Assembly (NCBI GenBank): GCA_030429765.1
Contig: JAUIER010000010.1
Location: forward strand, 34,162-98,161
Direction of reading: 5' to 3'
From: a bacterium
GTDB lineage: Bacteria; Omnitrophota; Gorgyraeia; Zapsychrales; Zapsychraceae
DNA: 64,000 nucleotides
Within the stretch, counting starts at the first letter, position 1, and each line of letters opens with the position of its first letter. The position numbers and the translations under genes are program-made. Below the pieces are notes generated by a model. That model had not been told where the DNA came from. It saw nothing but the letters and a program-made list of their open reading frames with translations, and searched no databases. Of this stretch, positions 26,997-35,314 are shown in pieces.

Positions 26997-27995
26997 ATGT
27001 CTTCATCTGCCAATACGCAAACACTGATCCTCACCCGTCGTCACATCCAAAAATTAGTGGATCTCAAAAAAACGATCCGGGCTGTTGAGCAGGCCTTTGT
27101 CGATTATGATAAGGGGGAGGCCCGGATGCCGCCCAAGATCTATCTGGATCTGCCTGAGTACAACGGCGACTTTCGCGCAATGCCCGCCTATATCGCCTCA
27201 ACAAAAAGTTCTTCTTTAAAATGGGTCAATGCCCATCCCGAAAATCATCGTTACGGATTACCCGCAGTGATGGCCGTGCTGATCCTCAATGATCCGCGTA
27301 CCGGGTTTCCGTTAAGCATTATGGATGCCACCTACATGACGGCGTTACGGACAGGCGCGGCGGGGGCTGTCGCGGCGCGGCATTTGTCGGATCCTCAGAG
27401 CTCCGTCGTGGGGCTGGTGGGATGCGGTGTACAGGCCGAATCACAATTATCCATGCTTCGGACGGTCCGACGGATCCAAGAGGTCCGTGTGTGGGGACAT
27501 CAACCGGAGCTGATCCGAAAATTTATCCGGCGCATGCGAATCCGAGCAGAACGGATGACGATGGCCCGTGATATCGAGGCATGTGTGCGTGATGCAGATA
27601 TTGTGGTGTCAACCACGCCGGTTCGCTCGCCGATCATTCAATCCGAATGGATTAAGCCCGGCGCGCATATCAACGCCATCGGGGCCGACGCGGAAGGCAA
27701 GCAGGAGCTGGACTCACGCCTGATTCAGCAGGGGTGTGTGGTCGTTGATGACTGGGCGCAGGCGTCGCACAGCGGGGAGATCAATGTTCCGCTGAAGAAA
27801 GGACTGATCACCCGAAAATCTATTTACGCGACACTGGGACAGATCGCCGCGGGGCGCAAACGGCGACCGGCGTCCGCTCAGAAGATCACCGTATTTGATT
27901 CCACGGGACTGGCCATTCAGGATTGCGCCGTCGCTCATCTGATCTACACCACGGCCAAGCGCCGCCAAGTCGGACGCTGGACGCGCTTATTTTAA
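26997..27995 (+). CDS. Ornithine cyclodeaminase/mu-crystallin family, archaeal-type alanine dehydrogenase-like
   Basis: MPPKIYL....GDFRAMPAY, LKWVN.HP.N, T.LRTGA.G, HINAIGAD..GKQELD, FDSTGLAIQD. Confidence 0.85.
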   Translation: MSSSANTQTLILTRRHIQKLVDLKKTIRAVEQAFVDYDKGEARMPPKIYLDLPEYNGDFRAMPAYIASTKSSSLKWVNAHPENHRYGLPAVMAVLILNDPRTGFPLSIMDATYMTALRTGAAGAVAARHLSDPQSSVVGLVGCGVQAESQLSMLRTVRRIQEVRVWGHQPELIRKFIRRMRIRAERMTMARDIEACVRDADIVVSTTPVRSPIIQSEWIKPGAHINAIGADAEGKQELDSRLIQQGCVVVDDWAQASHSGEINVPLKKGLITRKSIYATLGQIAAGRKRRPASAQKITVFDSTGLAIQDCAVAHLIYTTAKRRQVGRWTRLF

Positions 27996-28057
27996 AGTAG
28001 CCAATTTTCACCAATCCCACTATAATATCCATTTTATAACGATGACCGGGAAATCCT

Positions 28058-28795
28058 ATGTCTGAACACTCTTCGCATGATTCCATCTATCGAGATCCAC
28101 GCTCGCAGGTTGACGCGTTTGTTTTTGATCAATCAGTCGCGAATGTCTTTGACGATATGATCCGCCGTAGTGTGCCTGGTTACGCCACCGTCATTAACAT
28201 GGTCGGCGTTTTGGCCGGACAATACGTGAAGCCTGGTAGTGTTTGTTACGATTTGGGATGCTCGCTGGGTGCGGGTACCTTAGCGATGCGCCAATTCATC
28301 GCGGCCGACGGGGTCCGGATCGTGGCGGTAGACAATTCTCCAGCCATGGTTGAGAAATGCCGGGGGCTGGTGGCGCAGCAAAATCAGGCTGTTCCGGTGG
28401 ATGTGCTCCAGGATGATATCAATTCGGTGCCGATCGAGAACGCCTCGATGGTTGTGGTCAATTTTACATTGCAATTTATTGAGCCGGACCAGCGGCAACG
28501 GGTGCTGCAGCGGATCTATGACGGACTTCTCGACGGGGGAGTGTTGATTATTTCTGAAAAGATTGCCTTTGATTCAGCGGCAGAGCAGCAGATGCAGACG
28601 GAGCTGCACCATTCCTTTAAACGGCTCAACGGATATAGTGACCTGGAGATCGCGCAAAAACGAACCGCCCTGGAAAACGTGTTGATACCTGACACGCTGG
28701 AGACCCACCGCCAACGGTTATCCAACTGCGGCTTCGCGCATCAGCACGTCTGGTTTCAATGTTTTAATTTTGCCTCAATGATTGCCTTCAAATGA
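28058..28795 (+). CDS. cmoA: Carboxy-S-adenosylmethionine synthase
   Basis: F.FD..VA.VF.DMI.RSVPGY, YDLGCSLGA, NFTLQF, FKRLNGYS.LEI.QKR.ALENV, WFQCFNF.S. Confidence 0.95.
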   Translation: MSEHSSHDSIYRDPRSQVDAFVFDQSVANVFDDMIRRSVPGYATVINMVGVLAGQYVKPGSVCYDLGCSLGAGTLAMRQFIAADGVRIVAVDNSPAMVEKCRGLVAQQNQAVPVDVLQDDINSVPIENASMVVVNFTLQFIEPDQRQRVLQRIYDGLLDGGVLIISEKIAFDSAAEQQMQTELHHSFKRLNGYSDLEIAQKRTALENVLIPDTLETHRQRLSNCGFAHQHVWFQCFNFASMIAFK

Positions 28796-29763
28796 ATATC
28801 TATAATCCCACATACCATTTGATTCAAAAGTCTCACCTGGCTTCGGCGTGCGAGGATTGGCCGGAACGGGTTGCCGCCAAGTTTGATCCGCTGAGATATG
28901 GCGATTTGCCTCGCTGGCTCTCTGTCGTCGATCAATTGCCTGAAATTCAACCCTCCACCGTAGACTTCAACGCGCGGGCGATCACAATTGGCGCGTCATC
29001 CGATTGTGATGATAACACGCGCGAGCAACTCGAGCTGCTGCTGCGCGAGATGTGTCCGTGGCGTAAAGGGCCTTACAATTTGTTCGGTCTGGAGATTGAT
29101 ACCGAATGGCGTTCGGATTTAAAGTGGGACCGCTTGAAGGATCACATCAGTCCGTTGAACGATCGGTATGTCCTGGACGTGGGATGCGGGAACGGATATC
29201 ACGCCTGGCGGATGTATGGGGCGGGCGCCCAACTGGTCATCGGTGTAGATCCGACGATTCATTACGTCATGCAGTTTCAGGCGGCGCAACATTATATTCA
29301 GGAGCCGCGTGTGGCCGTACTTCCGCTCGGTATAGATGATCTGCCGGATCAGCTGCAGGGGTTTGACACGGTTTTTTCGATGGGATTACTGTATCACCGG
29401 CGTGCACCATTTGATCATTTACTTCAGCTCAAGGGTTGCCTTCGACCCGACGGTGAATTGGTGCTTGAAACCATCGTAATCGAAGGCCATGAAGGTGAGG
29501 TGCTTTCACCCCGCGGGCGATACGCCAAGATGAAGAATGTGTGGTTTATTCCTTCGGTGCCGACGTTGGAAGGCTGGTTGTCGCGCGTCGGATTCAAGGA
29601 CATCCGCACCGTCGATATCGGCCGCACCACGTCCCAAGAACAACGCGTCACTTCCTGGATCGGCTCGCAGTCGCTGGCCGATTTTTTAGATCCACAGAAT
29701 CCTCATCTGACCGTCGAAGGATATCCCGCGCCTGTCCGCGCGATTGTTGTGGCCCGGGTCTAA
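28792..29763 (+). CDS. cmoB: tRNA 5-carboxymethoxyuridine (cmo5U34) transferase
   Basis: PWRKGPY, IDTEWRSD.KW.R, LDVGCGNGYH.WRM, FSMG.LYHRR.P, RYAKM.NVWFIPS, T.EGYPAP.RA. Confidence 0.95.
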   Translation: MNIYNPTYHLIQKSHLASACEDWPERVAAKFDPLRYGDLPRWLSVVDQLPEIQPSTVDFNARAITIGASSDCDDNTREQLELLLREMCPWRKGPYNLFGLEIDTEWRSDLKWDRLKDHISPLNDRYVLDVGCGNGYHAWRMYGAGAQLVIGVDPTIHYVMQFQAAQHYIQEPRVAVLPLGIDDLPDQLQGFDTVFSMGLLYHRRAPFDHLLQLKGCLRPDGELVLETIVIEGHEGEVLSPRGRYAKMKNVWFIPSVPTLEGWLSRVGFKDIRTVDIGRTTSQEQRVTSWIGSQSLADFLDPQNPHLTVEGYPAPVRAIVVARV

Positions 29764-29765
29764 AC

Positions 29766-31259
29766 CTACTCCATCACAAAGTTTGTATCGAATAAATACG
29801 GATCACTGAAATGCGCATGGCCGATCAGTTTAGTCGGCTGATTATTACGCTGACGCATGTAGCCGACCTTGCTGACCCCTGATGGGAAAAATAAAAACGG
29901 TTCAAATCGGTAGGAGTCCTTCATAATCCCGTCGTCGTCAAAGACGCTTTCATACCGGCCATCGCCATGCGGTAAAGATTCCAGTTCAGCGTAGTCTTTA
30001 AGAACATAGGATTGTGTCGGGCCTTGTGGTCGACGGGCGCTCATCCGTACGATTTGATGCCAGCCGGTATTGATCTTGACTGACAGAGGCTCGTCGGGAA
30101 TACCTTCCGGGATGGTGCGGACCTTGAGAGCGTCGAGCCCCGGGACGTCGACAATGGAACGGAATTTATCGCCGCTTGGCACGTAAAAGTGGTAGCAGCC
30201 GCAGTTATTGGTTGTGTCGATCATCGCCGGATAGCCCGAATCATCCAGTGTAATCCGAATGGTCAGTCCGTCCAAATCACCCTTTTCCAACCGAGGCGCG
30301 TTGGGACCCAATCGACCCGTATACCAAATTGAATAGTTGAGCTGAAGGGCCGGCCGATCATTGATAAAAGCGTATGTCGCGTAGGTATATACGACGGGGC
30401 GCTGGGTGTTGATCGTGACCATATCGTTTCGCCACACTATTTCACCGAAGCGGTCAAAATCCTGATCGAGGTCTTGATAGATGACGGGTGCGAAGGTTTG
30501 ATAGAGTTGATCCAGCTGAAGCTCGGTTGGACGCGGTGTTCCTAATTGATCCCGCTGGATCTGGCTGTACAATCGGCCGACGCTGGCCCGGGACAATCGA
30601 TTGGCGGCCGCCAGATCGAACACGGTCATGTTGGCGATAGGATCGAAATCGTCAAAGTCTTTCTGATGCCAGGCGCGGAATTTATCGTAAGCACGGATCG
30701 TGGCCGAACGGGTGGGGATATAAAAAATCGGATAAAATCCATAGATCCGCGGCCAGATCGAGTATTGTGATCTGTCTTTGACGCTGTCGATGACGTCCGG
30801 TACGAATGCATCGACTTGCCGGTCAATCTCGAAAAGCGTCCGGAAATGTTGTTGCTGCAGATCGACCAACTGCTGTTGTGTGTAGTCAGTATTGAGTTTG
30901 ATGTTGATGTCCTGGATGTCTTCCATCGATAGGTTTTGAATTTCTTTGATGACGGACTCATCAGCCAGCTGTCGCATAGCGGTCAGCCAGTCAGCGGCTT
31001 CAGCGTCGTTGGTGACCCGATTCTTGATGGCGTTCAGGAAACGGTCGGTCCGCAGATACGGATATCCGGCCACTACAAAGTTTGACTGATCCCGCCCATT
31101 GGCTCGTCGGATCTGAGATTGAACGATTTTAGTAAAGGTCAAAGCGTCTGGCGCGAATTGAGTTCGAGAATTTTTGACCGTTGGATGCAGCGTACTGCAA
31201 CCGGAGAGGATGACCGCTAAAAAACAGGTCACTATTAACAGGTTTTTTCGGTTGGGCAT
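29766..31259 (-). CDS. Hypothetical lipoprotein
   Basis: Lipobox LSGC; 497-aa ORF with no plausible plus-strand competitor; NNCGCYH motif. Confidence 0.75.
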   Translation of the reverse strand: MPNRKNLLIVTCFLAVILSGCSTLHPTVKNSRTQFAPDALTFTKIVQSQIRRANGRDQSNFVVAGYPYLRTDRFLNAIKNRVTNDAEAADWLTAMRQLADESVIKEIQNLSMEDIQDINIKLNTDYTQQQLVDLQQQHFRTLFEIDRQVDAFVPDVIDSVKDRSQYSIWPRIYGFYPIFYIPTRSATIRAYDKFRAWHQKDFDDFDPIANMTVFDLAAANRLSRASVGRLYSQIQRDQLGTPRPTELQLDQLYQTFAPVIYQDLDQDFDRFGEIVWRNDMVTINTQRPVVYTYATYAFINDRPALQLNYSIWYTGRLGPNAPRLEKGDLDGLTIRITLDDSGYPAMIDTTNNCGCYHFYVPSGDKFRSIVDVPGLDALKVRTIPEGIPDEPLSVKINTGWHQIVRMSARRPQGPTQSYVLKDYAELESLPHGDGRYESVFDDDGIMKDSYRFEPFLFFPSGVSKVGYMRQRNNQPTKLIGHAHFSDPYLFDTNFVME

Positions 31260-31434
31260 AACGAATCCTTTGTGGCGGATGGTATTAGACAGGAATTTAT
31301 ACGATTGGGTAAGGTGTGAATCAAATAATTATAGAACTATTCGGACAAATATGATATAAAAAAGTTACTTTCACGAATCTTCATCGAGAAACCAATAAGT
31401 TTTTATTCCAAATACTTTCATTCAGGGAGAAAAC

Positions 31435-31836
31435 ATGATGATCAAGTCCAGCAAAATCATGATTCTATGCTTACTCGTCCTAACCCTTGGTTTAACCGGA
31501 TGTTCCGTGCAGATGGCCGGATCCATCAAGGACCCTTACGAAAATTCGACCATGGCGTATGGCCGTGATCGGTCTTTCGTGATCAGTCAGATCGGTCAGC
31601 CGATCAAAACGGACATGAAAGGTGACTCCGTCTTCGATATGTACCGGATCAAACGCAACAGCCGTGGGTGGGGATATTTTCGGGCTGTTGTGTATTCCTT
31701 CCTGGATGTCGGAACTTTCGGGTTGTGGGAGCTGATAGGTACGCCGCTGGAGCGTTTTATTCAAACCGATGAGGAAGTCACCATCGAATACGATCAGAAC
31801 CAGAAAATCCGTCAGATTCATTATCTTCAAATCTAG
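31435..31836 (+). CDS. Hypothetical lipoprotein
   Basis: Lipobox LTGC; LDV.T.GLWE.IGTP.E motif; GGGAG RBS. Confidence 0.75.
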   Translation: MMIKSSKIMILCLLVLTLGLTGCSVQMAGSIKDPYENSTMAYGRDRSFVISQIGQPIKTDMKGDSVFDMYRIKRNSRGWGYFRAVVYSFLDVGTFGLWELIGTPLERFIQTDEEVTIEYDQNQKIRQIHYLQI

Positions 31837-32054
31837 TACGTTGTGCCCAAATGCGACAATGAAGAGGTCGATGTCCGTCGTGATGTCGGTCCGATGGTGT
31901 GTGCGCCCGGGTTTGTCGGCGTCCTGTCGAGGATATCTCCATTTCTGCCCTAAAAGGGTTGTCATCGGCTAACAGAATGGTATGATAAATTTAGTCAGCG
32001 CGAAAGCATGCGTATGACCTACCGCTGGGATAAGTCAAACCAAAGGGGGAGCTT

Positions 32055-32219
32055 ATGAAGATCGGTAAAAAACCTGTCAACGTGTTTAAAGTCAAGAATC
32101 GGCGCGGGTATGCGGCGATTTGTGATGAATGTCTTACTGAAGGCGACACTAAGGAAGAGGCTATAGACCGCATGGTCAAAGCGATCGCCCGCGTTGAAAG
32201 AAAGATTCTGAAGAAATAG
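32055..32219 (+). CDS. Small protein (54 aa), HicB N-terminal-like
   Basis: Not in ORF track; MKIGKKPVNVFKVKNRRGYAAICDECLTEGDTKEEAIDRMVKAIARVERKILKK*; AAAGGGGGAG RBS; GY.A....LTEG.T.EEA..RM..AI pattern. Confidence 0.65.
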   Translation: MKIGKKPVNVFKVKNRRGYAAICDECLTEGDTKEEAIDRMVKAIARVERKILKK

Positions 32220-32256
32220 ATTTTAACTCGCATATCTGATCACAAGGAGAATATCT

Positions 32257-32790
32257 ATGTTGTGTCCGCGCACCGGAGAGCCGATGAAAGAAGTCGAGAT
32301 CGGCGGAGTCAAAGTTGATGTATCGATGGGTTGTGGGGGTGTCTGGTTTGATAATTTCGAATTGCAGAAATTTGATGAACAGCATGAGTCGGCCGGCGAT
32401 GAACTCATCAAGATCATGGAGCAGTTTCATAATCCCGACGTGGATACGGAGGCCAAGATACAATGTCCGCGATGCGAATCGATCACGTTGATGCGCCGAT
32501 TTTTCAGTGTGAAGCGTCACGTCGCTATCGACGAATGCGCGCAATGCGGCGGAGTTTGGCTGGATACCGGCGAGTTGCTGACCATCCGCAAGCAGTATCC
32601 GACGGAAGAGGAGCGCAATAAGGCAGCGAGTGCCTACATTGAGGATATTTTCAAGAATGATCCGCAGATTCAGGCCATGAAGGCGGAACAGCAGGAGAGC
32701 CTGACCAAGGCCAAACGTTTCGCGCGGATGTTCCGTTTTATCTGTCCGTCCAACTATATCCCCGGCGATCAAGACTGGGGAGCCTTCTAG
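32257..32790 (+). CDS. Tandem zf-TFIIB-like zinc-ribbon protein
   Basis: CPR...M.....VD....CGGVWFD..EL and CPRC...M......IDECAQCGGVWLD.GEL; AAGGAG RBS. Confidence 0.85.
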   Translation: MLCPRTGEPMKEVEIGGVKVDVSMGCGGVWFDNFELQKFDEQHESAGDELIKIMEQFHNPDVDTEAKIQCPRCESITLMRRFFSVKRHVAIDECAQCGGVWLDTGELLTIRKQYPTEEERNKAASAYIEDIFKNDPQIQAMKAEQQESLTKAKRFARMFRFICPSNYIPGDQDWGAF

Positions 32791-32799
32791 ACCCCAACC

Positions 32800-34467
32800 A
32801 TGCGACTGCGGCGGGTTGAGTTAATCTTTCTGTTTGCGACGTTCGTCGTCGCCGTGGCATTTCGTTTGATTCCCCGGTTGGGGATTGATCCATACTTACT
32901 CACATTTGATGCGGATATTTGGTATCGACTGTGTCTGGTCCAGTTCACCCTGGACAACGGGCACTTGCCGGTATGGGATATCCGCTATTTAGCTTACGGG
33001 CAGGTGCCATTTTGGTACACACCCGGGGCCGTGCTGATCTATGCCGGTTTGAGTCAGCTGACTCAATTGGAGCTTCCCGTCGTGGTTTCCCGGATCATGC
33101 CGTTTGTTGAATCCCTGGGATTCGTGCCATTTTATTTTCTGGCCCGTTATTTGTATGGTATTCGTGCGGCGATTGTGGCGACGGTGGTGCTTGTCCTGAC
33201 GCCATCATTCCTGTTTTGGTCATCGATTGGGACCCCGCAGGGTTTTACCATGTTCTGCATTCCGCTGGCGATCTTGCTCTGGATCACTTTTGTTCAAAAG
33301 AAGTATGTGTTCGCCAGTCAATGGCTGCATTTTCTGTCCCTGGCCCTTTTGCTGACCATCAATTTCTACACGCATCTGACGTATTTTAATACGATAATCA
33401 TTCTCTTGTTTGTGCATTTGAGTCTCGTCAGCGAAAAGATCGGACGGATGAAGCACTACGTCTGGCTGATTGGGGCGATCCTTATCAGTCAGCTGTTGAC
33501 GATCGGATGGTGGCTGCCCGGCAAACTGTATTGGTGGTGGACGACGGGGTTATCCACGTCGACCGCGTCGCCGGACCGGATCCTTTTTTTAAAACATTAT
33601 GGCACCATCAGCGCAATCCTCGGCCATGTGGCCTTTTTTGCCTTGGTCGCCATGATATTTGGACGTAAACATCGAAAGATGATGTTCTTTTTATTGCCGA
33701 TTTATTGGGCGATTTATCCGATCCTGGAATCGCATATGGAAGGAATACTGTTCATGTTCCGACGGGATGATCTGATCATGAACAATATGGTTCGCCCGAT
33801 TGAGGGTTTTCGGTTTTACAGTTTTTTAGCTCAGCCGCTGGCCTTGTGTGTGGCCTTGTGGATGGAGAGAATCCTCAACCTGAATTGGCTGTCGATCCGC
33901 CAGAATGCGCGGTCCATTGTCGCCGGATTTGTGATTGTGCTAACGCTGGTGATGTCGTGGGACTTGATTTACAAGTTTAATCTGCCGCACCGTTACCGGG
34001 AGCATATGGTGTCGCTCGAAGACATCGACGCGGCCCGTTGGTACCGGAAAAATGCCGGACCGGACGACCGGATTATCGCCGATTATTATACGGCCCAGAT
34101 GTTCAGCGGGATTTGCGCCGGACGCGTGTTGTTGGGGAGTATGTTTCCTTTAAAGGAAGCGGGACTTCCGTACATTACCGACAGCTGGCAGGTGCTGGAG
34201 GATATTCATGCTTTTTACAAGACGGAGGATATCGACAAGGTCCGTGAAATTCTCAATCGTTACGGGATCACACATGTCTTTTATTCCCGTGAATTACTGC
34301 GAAAGATTGAGTTTGTGCTCAACGGGTATGGCGATGTGGACGGATTCAAGGCCGGCGGCTACACGGATCTGCACGGCGTGGATCACACCCGGACATTCTT
34401 GAATCCGCAATTTTTTGACGTTGCGTATTCCTCGGAAAATGTTAAAATTCTATCCTTAAAACCGTAA
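32800..34467 (+). CDS. GT-C fold integral-membrane glycosyltransferase (PMT/STT3-like)
   Basis: Many TMs; first loop FDADIWYR...GHLP.WD...Y.PG; C-terminal soluble domain AARWYRKN...DDRIIAD...EIL.RYGITHVF. Confidence 0.7.
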   Translation: MRLRRVELIFLFATFVVAVAFRLIPRLGIDPYLLTFDADIWYRLCLVQFTLDNGHLPVWDIRYLAYGQVPFWYTPGAVLIYAGLSQLTQLELPVVVSRIMPFVESLGFVPFYFLARYLYGIRAAIVATVVLVLTPSFLFWSSIGTPQGFTMFCIPLAILLWITFVQKKYVFASQWLHFLSLALLLTINFYTHLTYFNTIIILLFVHLSLVSEKIGRMKHYVWLIGAILISQLLTIGWWLPGKLYWWWTTGLSTSTASPDRILFLKHYGTISAILGHVAFFALVAMIFGRKHRKMMFFLLPIYWAIYPILESHMEGILFMFRRDDLIMNNMVRPIEGFRFYSFLAQPLALCVALWMERILNLNWLSIRQNARSIVAGFVIVLTLVMSWDLIYKFNLPHRYREHMVSLEDIDAARWYRKNAGPDDRIIADYYTAQMFSGICAGRVLLGSMFPLKEAGLPYITDSWQVLEDIHAFYKTEDIDKVREILNRYGITHVFYSRELLRKIEFVLNGYGDVDGFKAGGYTDLHGVDHTRTFLNPQFFDVAYSSENVKILSLKP

Positions 34468-34477
34468 AGGACCAACG

Positions 34478-35200
34478 ATGGACGAACAATACAACTTGAT
34501 CGACGGCGGCATCCAGCATTCCAATCTCTTTGTGCACATGCCTATCTTCGAGGAGATCTACTATATTGGGCATCAGGAGACCAAGGTCCGCAAATACAGG
34601 GCCCTGCACGAAGATCAACCCTGCACCATGCTGGCCCTGAATATTATCCGCAAAGATGAGGATATCCTGTGGGACGCGGTTTCGGACTTTGTCAAACACA
34701 GTGTGTCAACGGCCGCGATGGGCGTGCACGGCGTCTACACATTTGATCTGCTGACGATTGATATTCACAAAGAGATCCATAACTTCAAGCAAAATGAATT
34801 CGCGACATTGATCATGAACACGGCCCGTAAACTGGCGCCCGGACAGCAACGGCTGATAAAGTATTCCACGGCGTACGGGATCCTGCAGAAATTTCTCCAT
34901 GAAGACTGGGGCAAGATCAAGTTGCTGACGTCGGTGGATGTGTTCAAGGACAAGGATTCATTTCTGGATCTGCGGGTCAAACAACTGATCAAGAACTTTG
35001 AATTTGCGCATGATCCGGGAATCCTCCTGCTCAATGATCTCAGCAAAAATCCCATCTTTAATCCGGAAGACGATGTTCAGCAGCAACGGCTTGCGAAAGT
35101 GATTGAAAAGCAGATCCCCAAGTCGATTGAGTATCCGCCCGAAGTCTATATCCAGGATAAAAGCGGGGTGAGGGAGCTGCTCTCGAATTCCGTTATTTAA
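34478..35200 (+). CDS. Hypothetical cytoplasmic protein
   Basis: 240-aa ORF with AAGGGA RBS, operon-like spacing; no recognisable motif. Confidence 0.65.
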   Translation: MDEQYNLIDGGIQHSNLFVHMPIFEEIYYIGHQETKVRKYRALHEDQPCTMLALNIIRKDEDILWDAVSDFVKHSVSTAAMGVHGVYTFDLLTIDIHKEIHNFKQNEFATLIMNTARKLAPGQQRLIKYSTAYGILQKFLHEDWGKIKLLTSVDVFKDKDSFLDLRVKQLIKNFEFAHDPGILLLNDLSKNPIFNPEDDVQQQRLAKVIEKQIPKSIEYPPEVYIQDKSGVRELLSNSVI

Positions 35201-35244
35201 TAATTTTCTACCGGCCAGTCAACGCCAAACACCGGGTGGGACAA

Positions 35245-35273
35245 TTGACACCATTTGGCATTTATGCTAGTTT
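35245..35273 (+). promoter_or_regulatory. Sigma70 promoter of ileS
   Basis: TTGACA-17 nt-TAGTTT with TG extension. Confidence 0.65.
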
Positions 35274-35314
35274 AGCCTTCGACTTTTCCACTAATCTTTA
35301 CTCTTATATTAGCC

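Noticed and set aside
35201-35314. T-box leader upstream of ileS
   Set aside because: The promoter is only about 40 nt from the ATG, with no T-box sequence or terminator.
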